A stretch of 64,000 bases of DNA from Nitrosopumilaceae archaeon (lineage in GTDB: Archaea > Thermoproteota > Nitrososphaeria > Nitrososphaerales > Nitrosopumilaceae), in contig CBDBCR010000003.1 in NCBI GenBank assembly GCA_965203465.1, forward strand, positions 288,001 to 352,000, given 5' to 3'. Below are positions 29,751 to 40,135 of the stretch, piece after piece (within the stretch, counting starts at the first letter, position 1; every line of letters begins with the position of its first letter). A program made the position numbers and the translations under genes. The notes below the pieces were generated by a model. The model did not search any database. It saw nothing but the letters and a program-made list of their open reading frames with translations, and had not been told where the DNA came from.

Positions 29751-30317
29751 GTGACGCAGACAAAGCCGCTGGTCAGCATAGAGAACGTGGTGGCCTCGGC
29801 ATCGGTGGACCAAAAGATAGACCTCAACGAGGTGACCAAAAAGTTCCCCGCCACCGAGTACCACCCCGAGCAGTTCCCAGGGCTGGTCTTCCGGCTCGAA
29901 TACCCGCGCACGGCCACGCTGATCTTCCGGACCGGCAAGATGGTCTGCACCGGCGCAAAGTCCGAAGAGATGGCCGTAAAGGCGGTGCGGACCGTGGTGC
30001 AAAAGCTGCGCAAGAGCAAGATCAGGATAAAAAAGGACGCCGTCGTGGTCGTGCAGAACATCGTGGCCGCCATCAACCTTGGCGGCAAGATACACCTGGA
30101 AAAGGCCGCCAGGGTGCTGCCGAGGAGCATGTACGAGCCGGAGCAGTTCCCCGGGCTGATACACAGGATGCTCGATCCAAAGACCGTCATACTGATCTTC
30201 GCGTCGGGCAAGCTCGTGTGCACCGGCGCCAAAAAAGAATCCGACGTGTACCGCTCGGTACACAACCTGCACGCCCTGCTCGAAGAAAAGAACCTGATGG
30301 TCTACGACAAGGCCTAG
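29751..30317 (+). CDS. tbp: TATA-box-binding protein
   Basis: duplicated Y.PEQFPGL..R and LIF.(T/S)GK.VCTGAK. Confidence 0.97.
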   Translation: MTQTKPLVSIENVVASASVDQKIDLNEVTKKFPATEYHPEQFPGLVFRLEYPRTATLIFRTGKMVCTGAKSEEMAVKAVRTVVQKLRKSKIRIKKDAVVVVQNIVAAINLGGKIHLEKAARVLPRSMYEPEQFPGLIHRMLDPKTVILIFASGKLVCTGAKKESDVYRSVHNLHALLEEKNLMVYDKA

Positions 30318-30922
30318 CCCAGGAACCGAAACTCGGCGCTCTCCACCAGCCCGCCGTGCGCGACCGTGACGAGGTACGTGCCCGCCGCCCAGCCGGGGCC
30401 GCCCGAGATGGCCAGCGTCGAGAACGAGCCGTCCGGCAGCAGCGCGACCTTTTCGCTCCAGACCACCGCGCCAGTCTCGTCCGAAAGGTACACGTCGACG
30501 GCCTGCCCGGCGGCGGCGGACTCTCCGCTGATCGCCACGATGTCGCCGGTCCTGTACGATTCTGCGTCCAGGCCGACTGACAGCGGCGAGATGTTCACCC
30601 CCGCCAGCGCAGAGTAGGCCCCCGCGGCGGCCAGCGCGGCCACCACTCCGGCCAGCACCAGCGTCTTTCTGCCGAACCTGCGCCGCGGAGGCGCGGGCGG
30701 CACCAGGGCCTGCCCGGCCGGCGGCTGGGGCGGCGCCGGCTTGGCCCTCCTTTTCGGCACCGGATCCAGGTACGCGCTGCGCAGGCGCTCGACGTACTCG
30801 CGCTCGTTGAGCGATATGGGCTCGTGGCGCTCGGCGGCACGTAGCACCTGCTCCAGCATGCCGCGATCGCCTATCCCCTTGAGAAGCAGCTCCGAGACCG
30901 TGTCTGCCAGGGTGTTCGCCAC
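30314..30922 (-). CDS. Hypothetical single-TM protein with Ig-like C-terminus
   Basis: GD.G.LE..L; TM segment; Y..GD.V.ISG. Confidence 0.7.
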   Translation of the reverse strand: MANTLADTVSELLLKGIGDRGMLEQVLRAAERHEPISLNEREYVERLRSAYLDPVPKRRAKPAPPQPPAGQALVPPAPPRRRFGRKTLVLAGVVAALAAAGAYSALAGVNISPLSVGLDAESYRTGDIVAISGESAAAGQAVDVYLSDETGAVVWSEKVALLPDGSFSTLAISGGPGWAAGTYLVTVAHGGLVESAEFRFLG

Positions 30923-31041
30923 GGAGCGCACGCGATCCGATCTACGTTTAAGATTTTCCGAGGGGCGGGCCGGCCCGCAATGCAGGAAGGGGCGCCCCGC
31001 CCCCACGCGCATGGATGGCCGAATCCGGATTTAACGCCCCC

Positions 31042-31272
31042 CTACAGCCGGCTCGCCTGCACGAACATGCCCGAGGCGTCCGGCCTGGCCGAGACGCGGG
31101 CAGAGGCGCGCGCGCCGGCCCTGGCCATGACCGTCCTCGCGTAGTCGCGGGCCGTCGCGTCGGTGACCCCCATCTGCTTGGCCCTCTCAAAGAGGGCCGC
31201 CGGCTGCGGGTTCGCCGCGTAGAACCGGAGCAGGGCGTTGAGCCTGACCGATCGGCGCTCGTCGCTGTTCAC
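31042..31272 (-). CDS. Small HTH-like hypothetical protein
   Basis: TTTTTATATA box upstream; AKQMGVT.ATARDY. Confidence 0.6.
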   Translation of the reverse strand: MNSDERRSVRLNALLRFYAANPQPAALFERAKQMGVTDATARDYARTVMARAGARASARVSARPDASGMFVQASRL

Positions 31273-31348
31273 GCGGTACAGTACGGTACTGTATATAAAA
31301 AACCTCCGGTGCGCCGGCGCCGCAGAGCTGCCTCTGGGCCGGCGGCGC

Positions 31349-34300
31349 TCAGATCTTCCTTGCAAGACGCGCCGCGGCCGGGGCGGCTGCCGCAAGACCC
31401 GCTGCGACAGCCGCGTGCCAGAGCTCGAACGCGGGCGCCGCTCGCCCCGGTTCGCGCGGCTCGCGCAAAAGAACCGGCGCGTCTTGGGCGGTCGCGGTTT
31501 TCGGCGCGGGCGGCTCGGCCTCTAGATCCCCGGGCCCGTCCGGCGCGGGAGCCGCGGATTCGGGGGCGTCGGACGGGGCCGTCGTCGGAGGCGAGCCGGT
31601 TTTGGGAGTTGCGGCCGGCGCAGAGCTGGCGCGAGGGCCAGGCGCGTCGGTCGTGGCTCCCGCGTCTTCGGGCTCGGGCGGCCCGGCCCCCGCGGCCGGG
31701 GGCGCGGCCGGCTCCGGCGCCCGCACGTCCGGCAGCGCGCCGAACGCCGTGAACCGGACCGAGCCCGAGCACGATTCCGTGTCCACGATCTGGGAAACGC
31801 CGGCGGCCTGGCCGCCCCGGTGCGCCGCCCTGATCTCCAGCAGCGCCGCGTCGGGCAGTATGGGCGCCTCCCAGACCGCCGAATCCGGCGCGCCGTACGG
31901 CTGCCCGACGGGGCGCGCCGCGGTGACGGCGCCGGCCTGCTCCAGCGTCACTGCGGCGTGGGACGGCGATGCCGCCACCCTTGCGTGCGGCACCTCAGAG
32001 CACCGCTCGTAAGAGACCGCGTGTATGACCGCCAGCGCGATTCCCGTCCCGCCCGGGCCCCTCGCGATGTCGGCGGGCCGGCCCGCCGCGCCCGGGCCGG
32101 GCGGATCGGGGACGGGTTCGGCCGGCGCCGGCTCCCCGTGGACGGCGCCGTCCGACACCGAAGGCGCGTCGCCCGCGTTGGCCGACGCGCGCGAGCCGGT
32201 CGCCGCGCCGTCGCCCAGGACCGGCGAATCTGAAAGCAGAATCGCAGACGCGCCGGCGCGCGCAGAGTCTGCCAGGACGGGCGAGTCCGACTCTGCTACG
32301 GAAGAGACGCGCGCAAGCGCAGAGTCTGCGATCGTAGGCGAGCTCGAATCGGAGGCGTTGCGCGCGCTCCCCCAGCGCGCCGAATCGAACGGGGCCTGGA
32401 GGCTGGACGCGGGAAACGACGACTTGTATGCCCGCGCAGAGTCGGAAGGCGCCTGCGAGTCGGACAGGGGGCGGGAGAGGGCCGCCAGCCCGGAGGCAGA
32501 GTCGGAGAGGGCCGGCGAGCTGGACTGCGCGGAGCCGGACCTGTAGGCGCGCGCAGAGTCGGAAAACGTGGCGCCGTCGGACGGCCCCTGCACGAACAGG
32601 CCCGCGTACGAGGCCGAGTCGGACGGCGACAGCGAATCCCGGGCCGACGCGGACGACTTGAACGAGGCCGCGGAGTCGGAAAAGACGCCCGTGTCCGCAG
32701 AGACGGCCACCCGCATGCCCGCCCGCCCCGCAGAGTCCGAAAAGTCCGGCGAGCTCGACTGCGCAAAGCCGGACCTGTAGGCGCGCGCAGAGTCCGAGAC
32801 GGTCGCGGCGTCGGACAGTCCGGCGAGCCGCATGCTCGCAACGGACGCGGTGTCCGAAAAGGCCGCCGTGTCGGACAGCGAGCTGAGCACCATGTTGGCG
32901 CCCGAGGCCGAGTCCGAAAAGGCGGCGGTGTCGGAGGAAAGAAAGACCGACTTGTACGAGCGGGCGGAGTCGGAAAAGGCGGCGGTGTCGGACAGCGAGC
33001 TGAGCACCATGTTGGCGCCCGAGGCCGAGTCCGAAAAGGCGGCGGTGTCGGAGGAAAGAAAGACCGACTTGTACGAGCGGGCGGAGTCGGAAAAGGCGGC
33101 GGTGTCGGCGGAGACCGACACCTTCATGTCAGCCCGGGAGGCGGAGTCCGAAAAGGCCGCCGTGTCGGAGGAAAGGAAGACCGACTTGTACGAGCGGGCG
33201 GAGTCGGAAAAGGCGGCGGTGTCGGCGGAGACCGACACCTTCATGTCAGCCCGGGAGGCGGAGTCCGAAAAGGCCGCCGTGTCGGAGGAAAGGAAGACCG
33301 ACTTGTACGAGCGGGCGGAGTCTGAGAATGCGACAGTTTCCGAAGATGTGCGGATCGCCGCGTGCTTGCCCGCCACAGAGCTTGTAAGAACAGGCGAGCT
33401 TGACGGGACAAGGGACGACTTGTACGCCCGGACAGAGTCGGAAAAGACGGCGGTGTCGCCAGACGCGCGCACCAGCGCGTTGAGGTTCAGGGCGAGGTCT
33501 GAAAGCGCGGCGGTGTCCGAAGAAGCCCTGACCAGTGCGCTCGTGCTCACGGCGGAATCTGAAAAGGCGGCCAGATTCTGCTCGACAAAGCTGGACTTGT
33601 GAGATCTGACAGAGGCTGAAAGCGCGGCGGTGTCTGAGGAAACAGAAGCGGACTGGTACGAGCGGGCAGAGTCGGAAAAGACGGCGGTGTCGCCAGACGC
33701 GCGCACCAGCGCGTTGAGGTTCAGGGCGGGATCCGAGAACGCCGGCGTGTCCGCCGCGACAAAGCCGGACTTGTGCGCGCGCTCGGAGCTTGAAAGGCCC
33801 GGCGAGCTTGACGGCGCAAAGCCGGACTTGTGCGTCCTTGCAGAGTCCGAGAACGCCGGGGAGTCGCGGGCCAGCGCCAGTTCGACCTCCAGCTGCGCGC
33901 CAGTCGTGCCCGCAAAAGCGTTGCCCACCAAGTCCTCGAACGCGCTGCCCGATACGGTGATGCGCAACGGGCCGTCGCGCAGGTGAGCCAGCACCAAGCC
34001 GCGCGTCTGCTCTCCGGTCAGCCGAAGCGCCAGCGCGTCCGCATCCTGCGCGGGGGCCGCGGCCCCGCCAAGCTGCGTGCTGGAGGCGAGGCCCAACACG
34101 GCGACGCCGCCCGGATCGATCTCGGAGGCGTCGATCGGCTCGTCGAAATCCAGCTCCAGCGCCCCCAAGGCGAGATCAAGGCGCGGCGTCGCCTCCAGCG
34201 TCGGCCTGATCCCGTCTATCGACAGATCCTTTGAGAACGAGAGCGAATCGAGCGACCCGGGCCGGGGGAGGCCCAGCACCGCCGTGTCGCTAGACGCCTC

Positions 34301-37300
34301 GACGGAGCCGCCCCGCAGCGTCAGGGAAGAGCGCCCCACGTATTCCAAGTCCGGCGACCAGTCGCCTTGCTGTACCGTGTACCCGAAGGCCAGCGTGTCC
34401 GTCCCTGAGCCAGAGGCGTACGCCGCGGGCCTGTCCGTCGCGCCGGTCTCGAGCAGCAGCGCCGGCGAGCCGGTCACGCTGACCGGCTCAGAAAACTCCA
34501 CTTCTATTTCGATCCGGCTGCCCGGCCCGTACGGGCCGTCGGGCGTAGTAGAGCCGACGCCCTCCACAAAAGGCGGCCGGAACGCGGACATGACGTACGT
34601 TGCGCCCCGGTCGTCGTTGCCGCTGTCGTCGTGCGCGGGCCCGCCGACGGCGAATTCGGCCGATCCGTCGCCGTCCAGATCCCCGACGGCGGCAACCGAG
34701 GCCCCGAAGCGGTCGCCGACCGCGATCCCGGGCGCCGCGGCCGCGCCGGTATAGTGCGTCTCCTTTACGTATCCGTCGGGGCCGAGCAGCATCAGGTAGG
34801 CCGAGCCGTCCGCGCCCGCCAGCAAGTCCTCCGTCCCGTCCCTGTCGACGTCCCCGGCCCGTGCCACCGACGAGCCGAAGCGGTCGCCGTCGGCCAGCGG
34901 CGGCCCGTTCGAGGTCAGGCTGCTCAGTTCGACGGCGCCTGGCTTTAGCGTGCCGTCGGAGTTGAGGAACAGCAGGTGGACGGCGCCGCGGTTGGCGCCG
35001 CCCGCGTCGCGCCCGCTCGATCCCACCGCCAAGTCCTGAACGCCGTCGCGGTCCAGGTCTCCGATGCCGGCCACCGACGAGCCGAACAGGTCGCCAAAGG
35101 TCACCGACGGCATGTTGGCGGCCGCAGAATCGAGCTTTGCCGTGCTTTTGACTGTGCCGTCCGAGTTGAGGAAGATCAGGTGCGCCGAGCCCAGGCCGCC
35201 GTCGCGCGGGGCGCCCGCGGCCAGATCGGGCACCCCGTCGCGGTCCAGGTCGCCGATGCCGGCCACCGACGAGCCGAAGCGGTCGCCTATCCTCAGCGAT
35301 GGCCCGTTGGTCACCGAGCCGTCTATCTCGACCGTCCTCTTTACGGTGCCGTCCGAATTCATGTACAGCAGGTGGACGGCGCCGGTCTCGTTTAGGTCGC
35401 CCCATGCCCCCGCGGCCAGGTCGGCCACGCCGTCGCGGTCCAGATCCCCTATCTCTGCCACCGACGAGCCGAACATGTCGCCGCGCCCTAGCGCGGGCGC
35501 GTTGGGCGTGCCCGCTTTTATGGCGCGCGACTCCGAGGTTCCGTCCGCGCCGAGGAACAGCAGGTGGACGGCGCCCGCGTTTCTTGCGCCGGTGCGGTCG
35601 CCCGCGGCCCCCACGGCCAGATCTTCCACCCCGTCGCGGTTCAGGTCTCCGATGCCGGCCACCGACGAGCCGAACATGTCGCCGGCGGCCAGTGACACGT
35701 CCGGCCCGCTTTCGCTCATCCGGACGGCCCTGCTTACAGAAGAATCCACGCCCATGAAAAGCACGTACGCGTCGCCGCCGGTTCCCGCGGACTTTGCCCC
35801 CACGGCCAGGTCGGCCACGCCGTCGCCGTCCAGATCCCCCAGGCTCGCCACCGAAGAGCCGAATTCGTCGCCTGCGCCGGGCGCCGGAACCCCACCGGCC
35901 GCGCGGCCGATGTCCCTCGAGCTTTTCAGGGTGCCGTCCGAGTTGAGCATCAGCAGGTGTAAAATCCCAGAGTTGTTGCCCGGCCCGTCGTTGGACTCGG
36001 CGCCGGCGGCGATGTCGGGCACCCCGTCGCCGTCCAGATCGCCCACCGCTGCCACCGAAGATCCGAATTCGGCGCCGAGCGAGAGGGCGGGGCCGCCGGG
36101 CGTCTGCCTGTCGATCTTGGAATAGCCCTTTGCCGTGCCGTCCGAGTTCATCAAGAGCACGTGGACGGCGCCGTATGGATGTGACACCACGCGGCCCGGT
36201 TGGACGGTCTGGGCGCGCGCGTCGCGCACGGCCCCCACGGCCAGGTCGGCCACGCCGTCGCCGTCCAGATCCCCGGCGGCCGCCACCGAAGATCCGAAAT
36301 AGTCGAAGACGTCGGACAAAGCGGATGTCACCCTCGCCGTCTCCTTTATCGTCCTGTCCTGGTTCATGAAGAGCACGTGGACGGCGCCGTCGACGGGGGC
36401 CCCCACGGCCAGGTCGTCCACGCCGTCGCCGTCCAGATCCCCTATGCCCGCGGCCGAATATCCGAACCAGTCGTTGTCGGCAAGCGCGGGGCCGCGCGCC
36501 GTCCGGTCGTTTATCTTCGATGCGCTCTTTGCCGTCCCGTCGGAGTTGAGCAGCACGATGTACAGGGCGCCCCGGTCGGCGCCGGTAGCGCCCGCCGCCG
36601 GGGCCGCCACGGCAGTGTCTGTCCCGTGCGCCCCCACCGCCATGTCCGGTATCCCGTCGCCGTCCAGATCCCCCGTCGCTGCCACCGACGAGCCGAAATA
36701 GTCCATGTCGGACAGGGCCGGCCCGCCGCCTGTTCCGCTCGCGATCTTTGTAATCTCGTCGATGGAGCCGTCCGCGTGCATCAGGGCCACATAGACCGCG
36801 CCCCGATCGGTTCCCCCCGCGTCGTCCCTGTCGGCGCCCACCGCCAGGTCCGGCACGCCGTCGGAGTTGATGTCGCCCAGCACGGCGGCCGAGGCGCCAA
36901 ATCTGTCCATGTTGTCCAGCGTAGGCAGCACTCCGCTGTCGCCGCTCAGCCTCAGGACCGCGCGCATCGTGCCGTCCCCCGACGGGGCCGTGACGTCGAG
37001 GCGGACGATGTGCACGGTGCCCGCGTTGGCCCAGCGCGCATCGTCCCCCGTCGCCCCCACCGCCAGATCCTCGATCCCGTCGAGGTCCAGGTCGCCCATC
37101 AGGGCCACTGACCGGCCGAACTCGTCGCCGGCCGCGAGCTGCGGGCCGTTGGCCGTCGAGGCGTTGATCTCGGCGGTGCGCTTCACCGTGCCGTCCTGGT
37201 TGAGGAACAGCAGGTGGACGGCGCCGGTCTCGCTCAAGCGGCCCCACGCCCCCGCGGCCAGATCGGGTACGCCGTCTCTGTCCAGATCCCCCACGGCTGC

Positions 37301-38587
37301 CGCCGACGAGCCGAAAAAGTCGCTCGCTGCGAGCCGCGGGCCGTTGGCCGTCGAGGCGTTGATCTCGGCGGTCCTTTTCACGGTGCCGTCCGGGTTCATG
37401 TACAGCAGGTGGACGGCGCCCGCGTCCGTGCCACCCGCGTCGTCGCCCACCGCGCCGACTGCGATGTCGCCCGTCCCGTCGCGGTCTAGATCGCCCATCA
37501 GGGCCACTGACCGGCCGAACTCGTCGCCGGCCACGAGCTGCGGGCCGTTGGCCGTCGAGGCGTTTATCGGGGCTGTGCGCTTCACGGTGCCGTCCGAGTT
37601 AAGGAACATCACGTAGACGGTGCCCGCGTCGGTCGCCTTGGCGCCGTCTTCGCTGGCCCCCACTGCCAAATCCTGCGTCCCGTCTCTGTCCAGATCCCCG
37701 ACGGCTGCCGCCGACGAGCCGAAGAAGTCGCCTCGTTCAAGCTGCGGGCCGTTGGCCGTCGAGGCGTTGATCTCGACGGTGCGCTTCACCGTGCCGTCCT
37801 GGTTGAGGAACAGCAGGTGGACGGCGCCGGCGTTCTCTGCCCCCGCGTCGTCGCCCCACGCGCCTGCGGCCAGATCCGGCACCCCGTCTCGGTCAAGATC
37901 CCCCATTGCGGCAAGGGAGGAGCCGAACAGATCGCCGGCCGCGAGCTGCGGGCCGTTGGCCGTCGAGGCGTTGATCTCGACGGTGCGCTTCACCGTGCCG
38001 TCCTGGTTGAGGAACAGCAGGTGGACGGCGCCGGCCCGGTTCCCGCCCCCGTCGTCGCTCCATGCCCCCACGGCCAGATCCTGCACCCCGTCTCGGTCAA
38101 GATCCCCCATTGCGGCAAGGGAGGAGCCGAATTGGTCGCCGAAGGCAATCTGCGGCCCGTTGGCAGTCAGGCCGTTGATCTCGGTGGTCAGGTCAGGATA
38201 CGCGTAGTTGCGCGCCACCGCCTCGTCCCCCCCGAAGCCTAGCAGCAGCGCGTGGGGGCCTGCCGTATTTACCCTGACCGAGAGGGTGGCGATGCCGCCC
38301 CCTTCGAACCCTGCAAAGACCAAGCTACCGCCGTCCGATTCGGGCGCGACGGGCCGCCCCGCCGCGTCGCGCAGTTCCGCAAACGAGACATCCGCCCCGA
38401 GGGCGGTGCCGTCGGCGCCCGAGACGGTCAGGTCGTGCGTTCCCCGCGCTTCGAACCGCACCTGCCACAGCCCGCCCACCTCCGGGTGCGACTGCTGGTT
38501 CAGCACGGTTATGCGGTTGGCGAGATCGGTAGGCGGCGCCGCGTGCGCCCACAGCGCGGGCGCGCACGCGAGCGACGCGGACAACAA
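31349..38587 (-). CDS. Giant surface protein: 18 FG-GAP (integrin-alpha-like) repeats, Ig-like domains, Ser/Ala/Asp stalk and C-terminal anchor
   Basis: FGSS...GDLD.DG..DLAVGA repeats; SDTAAFSDSA repeats; Pro-rich linker, hydrophobic tail, RK. Confidence 0.9.
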   Translation of the reverse strand: MLSASLACAPALWAHAAPPTDLANRITVLNQQSHPEVGGLWQVRFEARGTHDLTVSGADGTALGADVSFAELRDAAGRPVAPESDGGSLVFAGFEGGGIATLSVRVNTAGPHALLLGFGGDEAVARNYAYPDLTTEINGLTANGPQIAFGDQFGSSLAAMGDLDRDGVQDLAVGAWSDDGGGNRAGAVHLLFLNQDGTVKRTVEINASTANGPQLAAGDLFGSSLAAMGDLDRDGVPDLAAGAWGDDAGAENAGAVHLLFLNQDGTVKRTVEINASTANGPQLERGDFFGSSAAAVGDLDRDGTQDLAVGASEDGAKATDAGTVYVMFLNSDGTVKRTAPINASTANGPQLVAGDEFGRSVALMGDLDRDGTGDIAVGAVGDDAGGTDAGAVHLLYMNPDGTVKRTAEINASTANGPRLAASDFFGSSAAAVGDLDRDGVPDLAAGAWGRLSETGAVHLLFLNQDGTVKRTAEINASTANGPQLAAGDEFGRSVALMGDLDLDGIEDLAVGATGDDARWANAGTVHIVRLDVTAPSGDGTMRAVLRLSGDSGVLPTLDNMDRFGASAAVLGDINSDGVPDLAVGADRDDAGGTDRGAVYVALMHADGSIDEITKIASGTGGGPALSDMDYFGSSVAATGDLDGDGIPDMAVGAHGTDTAVAAPAAGATGADRGALYIVLLNSDGTAKSASKINDRTARGPALADNDWFGYSAAGIGDLDGDGVDDLAVGAPVDGAVHVLFMNQDRTIKETARVTSALSDVFDYFGSSVAAAGDLDGDGVADLAVGAVRDARAQTVQPGRVVSHPYGAVHVLLMNSDGTAKGYSKIDRQTPGGPALSLGAEFGSSVAAVGDLDGDGVPDIAAGAESNDGPGNNSGILHLLMLNSDGTLKSSRDIGRAAGGVPAPGAGDEFGSSVASLGDLDGDGVADLAVGAKSAGTGGDAYVLFMGVDSSVSRAVRMSESGPDVSLAAGDMFGSSVAGIGDLNRDGVEDLAVGAAGDRTGARNAGAVHLLFLGADGTSESRAIKAGTPNAPALGRGDMFGSSVAEIGDLDRDGVADLAAGAWGDLNETGAVHLLYMNSDGTVKRTVEIDGSVTNGPSLRIGDRFGSSVAGIGDLDRDGVPDLAAGAPRDGGLGSAHLIFLNSDGTVKSTAKLDSAAANMPSVTFGDLFGSSVAGIGDLDRDGVQDLAVGSSGRDAGGANRGAVHLLFLNSDGTLKPGAVELSSLTSNGPPLADGDRFGSSVARAGDVDRDGTEDLLAGADGSAYLMLLGPDGYVKETHYTGAAAAPGIAVGDRFGASVAAVGDLDGDGSAEFAVGGPAHDDSGNDDRGATYVMSAFRPPFVEGVGSTTPDGPYGPGSRIEIEVEFSEPVSVTGSPALLLETGATDRPAAYASGSGTDTLAFGYTVQQGDWSPDLEYVGRSSLTLRGGSVEASSDTAVLGLPRPGSLDSLSFSKDLSIDGIRPTLEATPRLDLALGALELDFDEPIDASEIDPGGVAVLGLASSTQLGGAAAPAQDADALALRLTGEQTRGLVLAHLRDGPLRITVSGSAFEDLVGNAFAGTTGAQLEVELALARDSPAFSDSARTHKSGFAPSSSPGLSSSERAHKSGFVAADTPAFSDPALNLNALVRASGDTAVFSDSARSYQSASVSSDTAALSASVRSHKSSFVEQNLAAFSDSAVSTSALVRASSDTAALSDLALNLNALVRASGDTAVFSDSVRAYKSSLVPSSSPVLTSSVAGKHAAIRTSSETVAFSDSARSYKSVFLSSDTAAFSDSASRADMKVSVSADTAAFSDSARSYKSVFLSSDTAAFSDSASRADMKVSVSADTAAFSDSARSYKSVFLSSDTAAFSDSASGANMVLSSLSDTAAFSDSARSYKSVFLSSDTAAFSDSASGANMVLSSLSDTAAFSDTASVASMRLAGLSDAATVSDSARAYRSGFAQSSSPDFSDSAGRAGMRVAVSADTGVFSDSAASFKSSASARDSLSPSDSASYAGLFVQGPSDGATFSDSARAYRSGSAQSSSPALSDSASGLAALSRPLSDSQAPSDSARAYKSSFPASSLQAPFDSARWGSARNASDSSSPTIADSALARVSSVAESDSPVLADSARAGASAILLSDSPVLGDGAATGSRASANAGDAPSVSDGAVHGEPAPAEPVPDPPGPGAAGRPADIARGPGGTGIALAVIHAVSYERCSEVPHARVAASPSHAAVTLEQAGAVTAARPVGQPYGAPDSAVWEAPILPDAALLEIRAAHRGGQAAGVSQIVDTESCSGSVRFTAFGALPDVRAPEPAAPPAAGAGPPEPEDAGATTDAPGPRASSAPAATPKTGSPPTTAPSDAPESAAPAPDGPGDLEAEPPAPKTATAQDAPVLLREPREPGRAAPAFELWHAAVAAGLAAAAPAAARLARKI

Positions 38588-38666
38588 CAGACACGCCCAA
38601 AGTCCTCTGGAACAGGGTGCAGGACATCGCGGCCGGCGGGGCGCGGGCTGACGGCCCCGAGGCGTA

Positions 38667-38679
38667 CCCCCCCCCCCCC
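38667..38679 (-). repeat. G13 homopolymer in the adhesin 5' region
   Basis: C13 on the + strand. Confidence 0.8.
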
Positions 38680-38872
38680 GGGCCAGCCGTACAGCATCAT
38701 GGTCTAAGACCTCGGAATAATGCGGTTTAACTTTAGCTGCGAAAAATCCGGTGCGTGTTTACGTGTCACGCCCGTCCGTTCTGCCGGTCGTGGAAGATTT
38801 CGCCCTCGCCTGTCTGATGCGTGGAGGGGGAGGCGAAATTTTCAACGCCCGGCAGACCCTGTATCAAATCTT

Positions 38873-39045
38873 ATCTGGGAGGGGAGCATGGCTCTCCGAG
38901 ATGGGCCCGAGAGTTGAACTATTCTCACCCCGCATGAGGGTGACCGGCAGACTAACTCACAACAATAGGCGGACGGGGTACTACCCCACAGAGGGTGAAT
39001 GGGAGCTTTCCGCTCAATCGGGCAAATCCACAAATCCAATGGCTT
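38873..39045 (+). ncRNA. Candidate bridge RNA
   Basis: GAGGGTGA+CCGGCAGACT (matches the reconstituted target) and GAGGGTGA+ATGGGAG (matches the element's right end); limits approximate. Confidence 0.7.
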
Positions 39046-39061
39046 CGAAGGAGGTGACACA

Positions 39062-40135
39062 TTGATCAACATTGGGATAGACGTGCACAAAAAGATGTGC
39101 GTGGCGACAATAAAAGGAAACGGCAAGGATATAATAGAACAGACCGAATTCAAGAACAGCAAAAAAGACATAGAGGCGTTCGCGGCACACGTAAAGAAGA
39201 CGCACGGCAAGAACGCCAGGGCGGTCTGCGAGGCGACCGGCAATTACTGGATGATACTGCACGACACGCTGGAGGACTGCGGCATCGACACGATCTTGGC
39301 TCACCCGGCCAAGACCAAGGCCATAGCCGAGGCAAAACTGAAAGACGACAGGGTGGACTCGGAGGTGCTCGCGGATCTGCTGCTCCTAGACATGGTTTAC
39401 GAGTCGTTCGTGCCTGACGAGCGCTACAGGAACCTGCGCAACCTGGCCAGAACCCGGCTCGACAGGGTCCGCACGGCGACGGAGCAAAAAAACAAGATAA
39501 CTGCGCTTCTGGCCAAATACGAGCACAAGCTTCCCACAAAGACGAAATTCTCAAAGACCAACTTGAAGTGGATGCGAACCGTAAGCGTCTCGCCAGTGGA
39601 CAGGCTGTCGCTGGACTCGTACCTCGACACGCTGCAGCTGATGCAGAAACAGACGGAAACGCTGGAGCGCGAGATAGCTTCCGAATGCATGGACGACGAT
39701 AGGGCAAAGCTCGTCATGACGGTCACCGGAATAGGATACGTTACCGCGCTGACCATAATCGCAGAGATAGTAGACGTAAAGAGATTCAGGACGGCCGAAA
39801 AACTCGTCTCGTACGCGGGCCTTTCTCCGTCCCACCGGAACAGCGGCGAGACCAAGCGCGGCGGCGGCATAACCAAAAAGGGGTCCGTCTGGTTAAGGAA
39901 CGCCATGGTGGAGGCGGCCAACGTCGCGGCGCGCTACGACGCTCGAATGTCTTCGACCTACGAGCGGCTGTCGAAAAGGATAGGCAAAAAGAAAGCGAAG
40001 GTGGCCATCGCGCGCCGCCTGACGGAGGTAGTCTGGCACATACTGACCGACATGGCCGAATACCGGACGCAGGACAAGGATCTAGTGCAGCGAAAGTATA
40101 AAGCGGCGGCGGCCAAAGCCCGCCCGCCTGACTGA
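39062..40135 (+). CDS. IS110 recombinase (DEDD RuvC-like plus Tnp domain)
   Basis: GIDVHK, CEATG, KDDRVDS, SYAGLSP...SG; GGAGGTGA ribosome-binding site before TTG. Confidence 0.95.
   Translation: MINIGIDVHKKMCVATIKGNGKDIIEQTEFKNSKKDIEAFAAHVKKTHGKNARAVCEATGNYWMILHDTLEDCGIDTILAHPAKTKAIAEAKLKDDRVDSEVLADLLLLDMVYESFVPDERYRNLRNLARTRLDRVRTATEQKNKITALLAKYEHKLPTKTKFSKTNLKWMRTVSVSPVDRLSLDSYLDTLQLMQKQTETLEREIASECMDDDRAKLVMTVTGIGYVTALTIIAEIVDVKRFRTAEKLVSYAGLSPSHRNSGETKRGGGITKKGSVWLRNAMVEAANVAARYDARMSSTYERLSKRIGKKKAKVAIARRLTEVVWHILTDMAEYRTQDKDLVQRKYKAAAAKARPPD

Noticed and set aside
31602-38707. Many + strand ORFs over the adhesin, and similar antisense ORFs over other genes
   Set aside because: Antisense mirrors of high-GC3 genes
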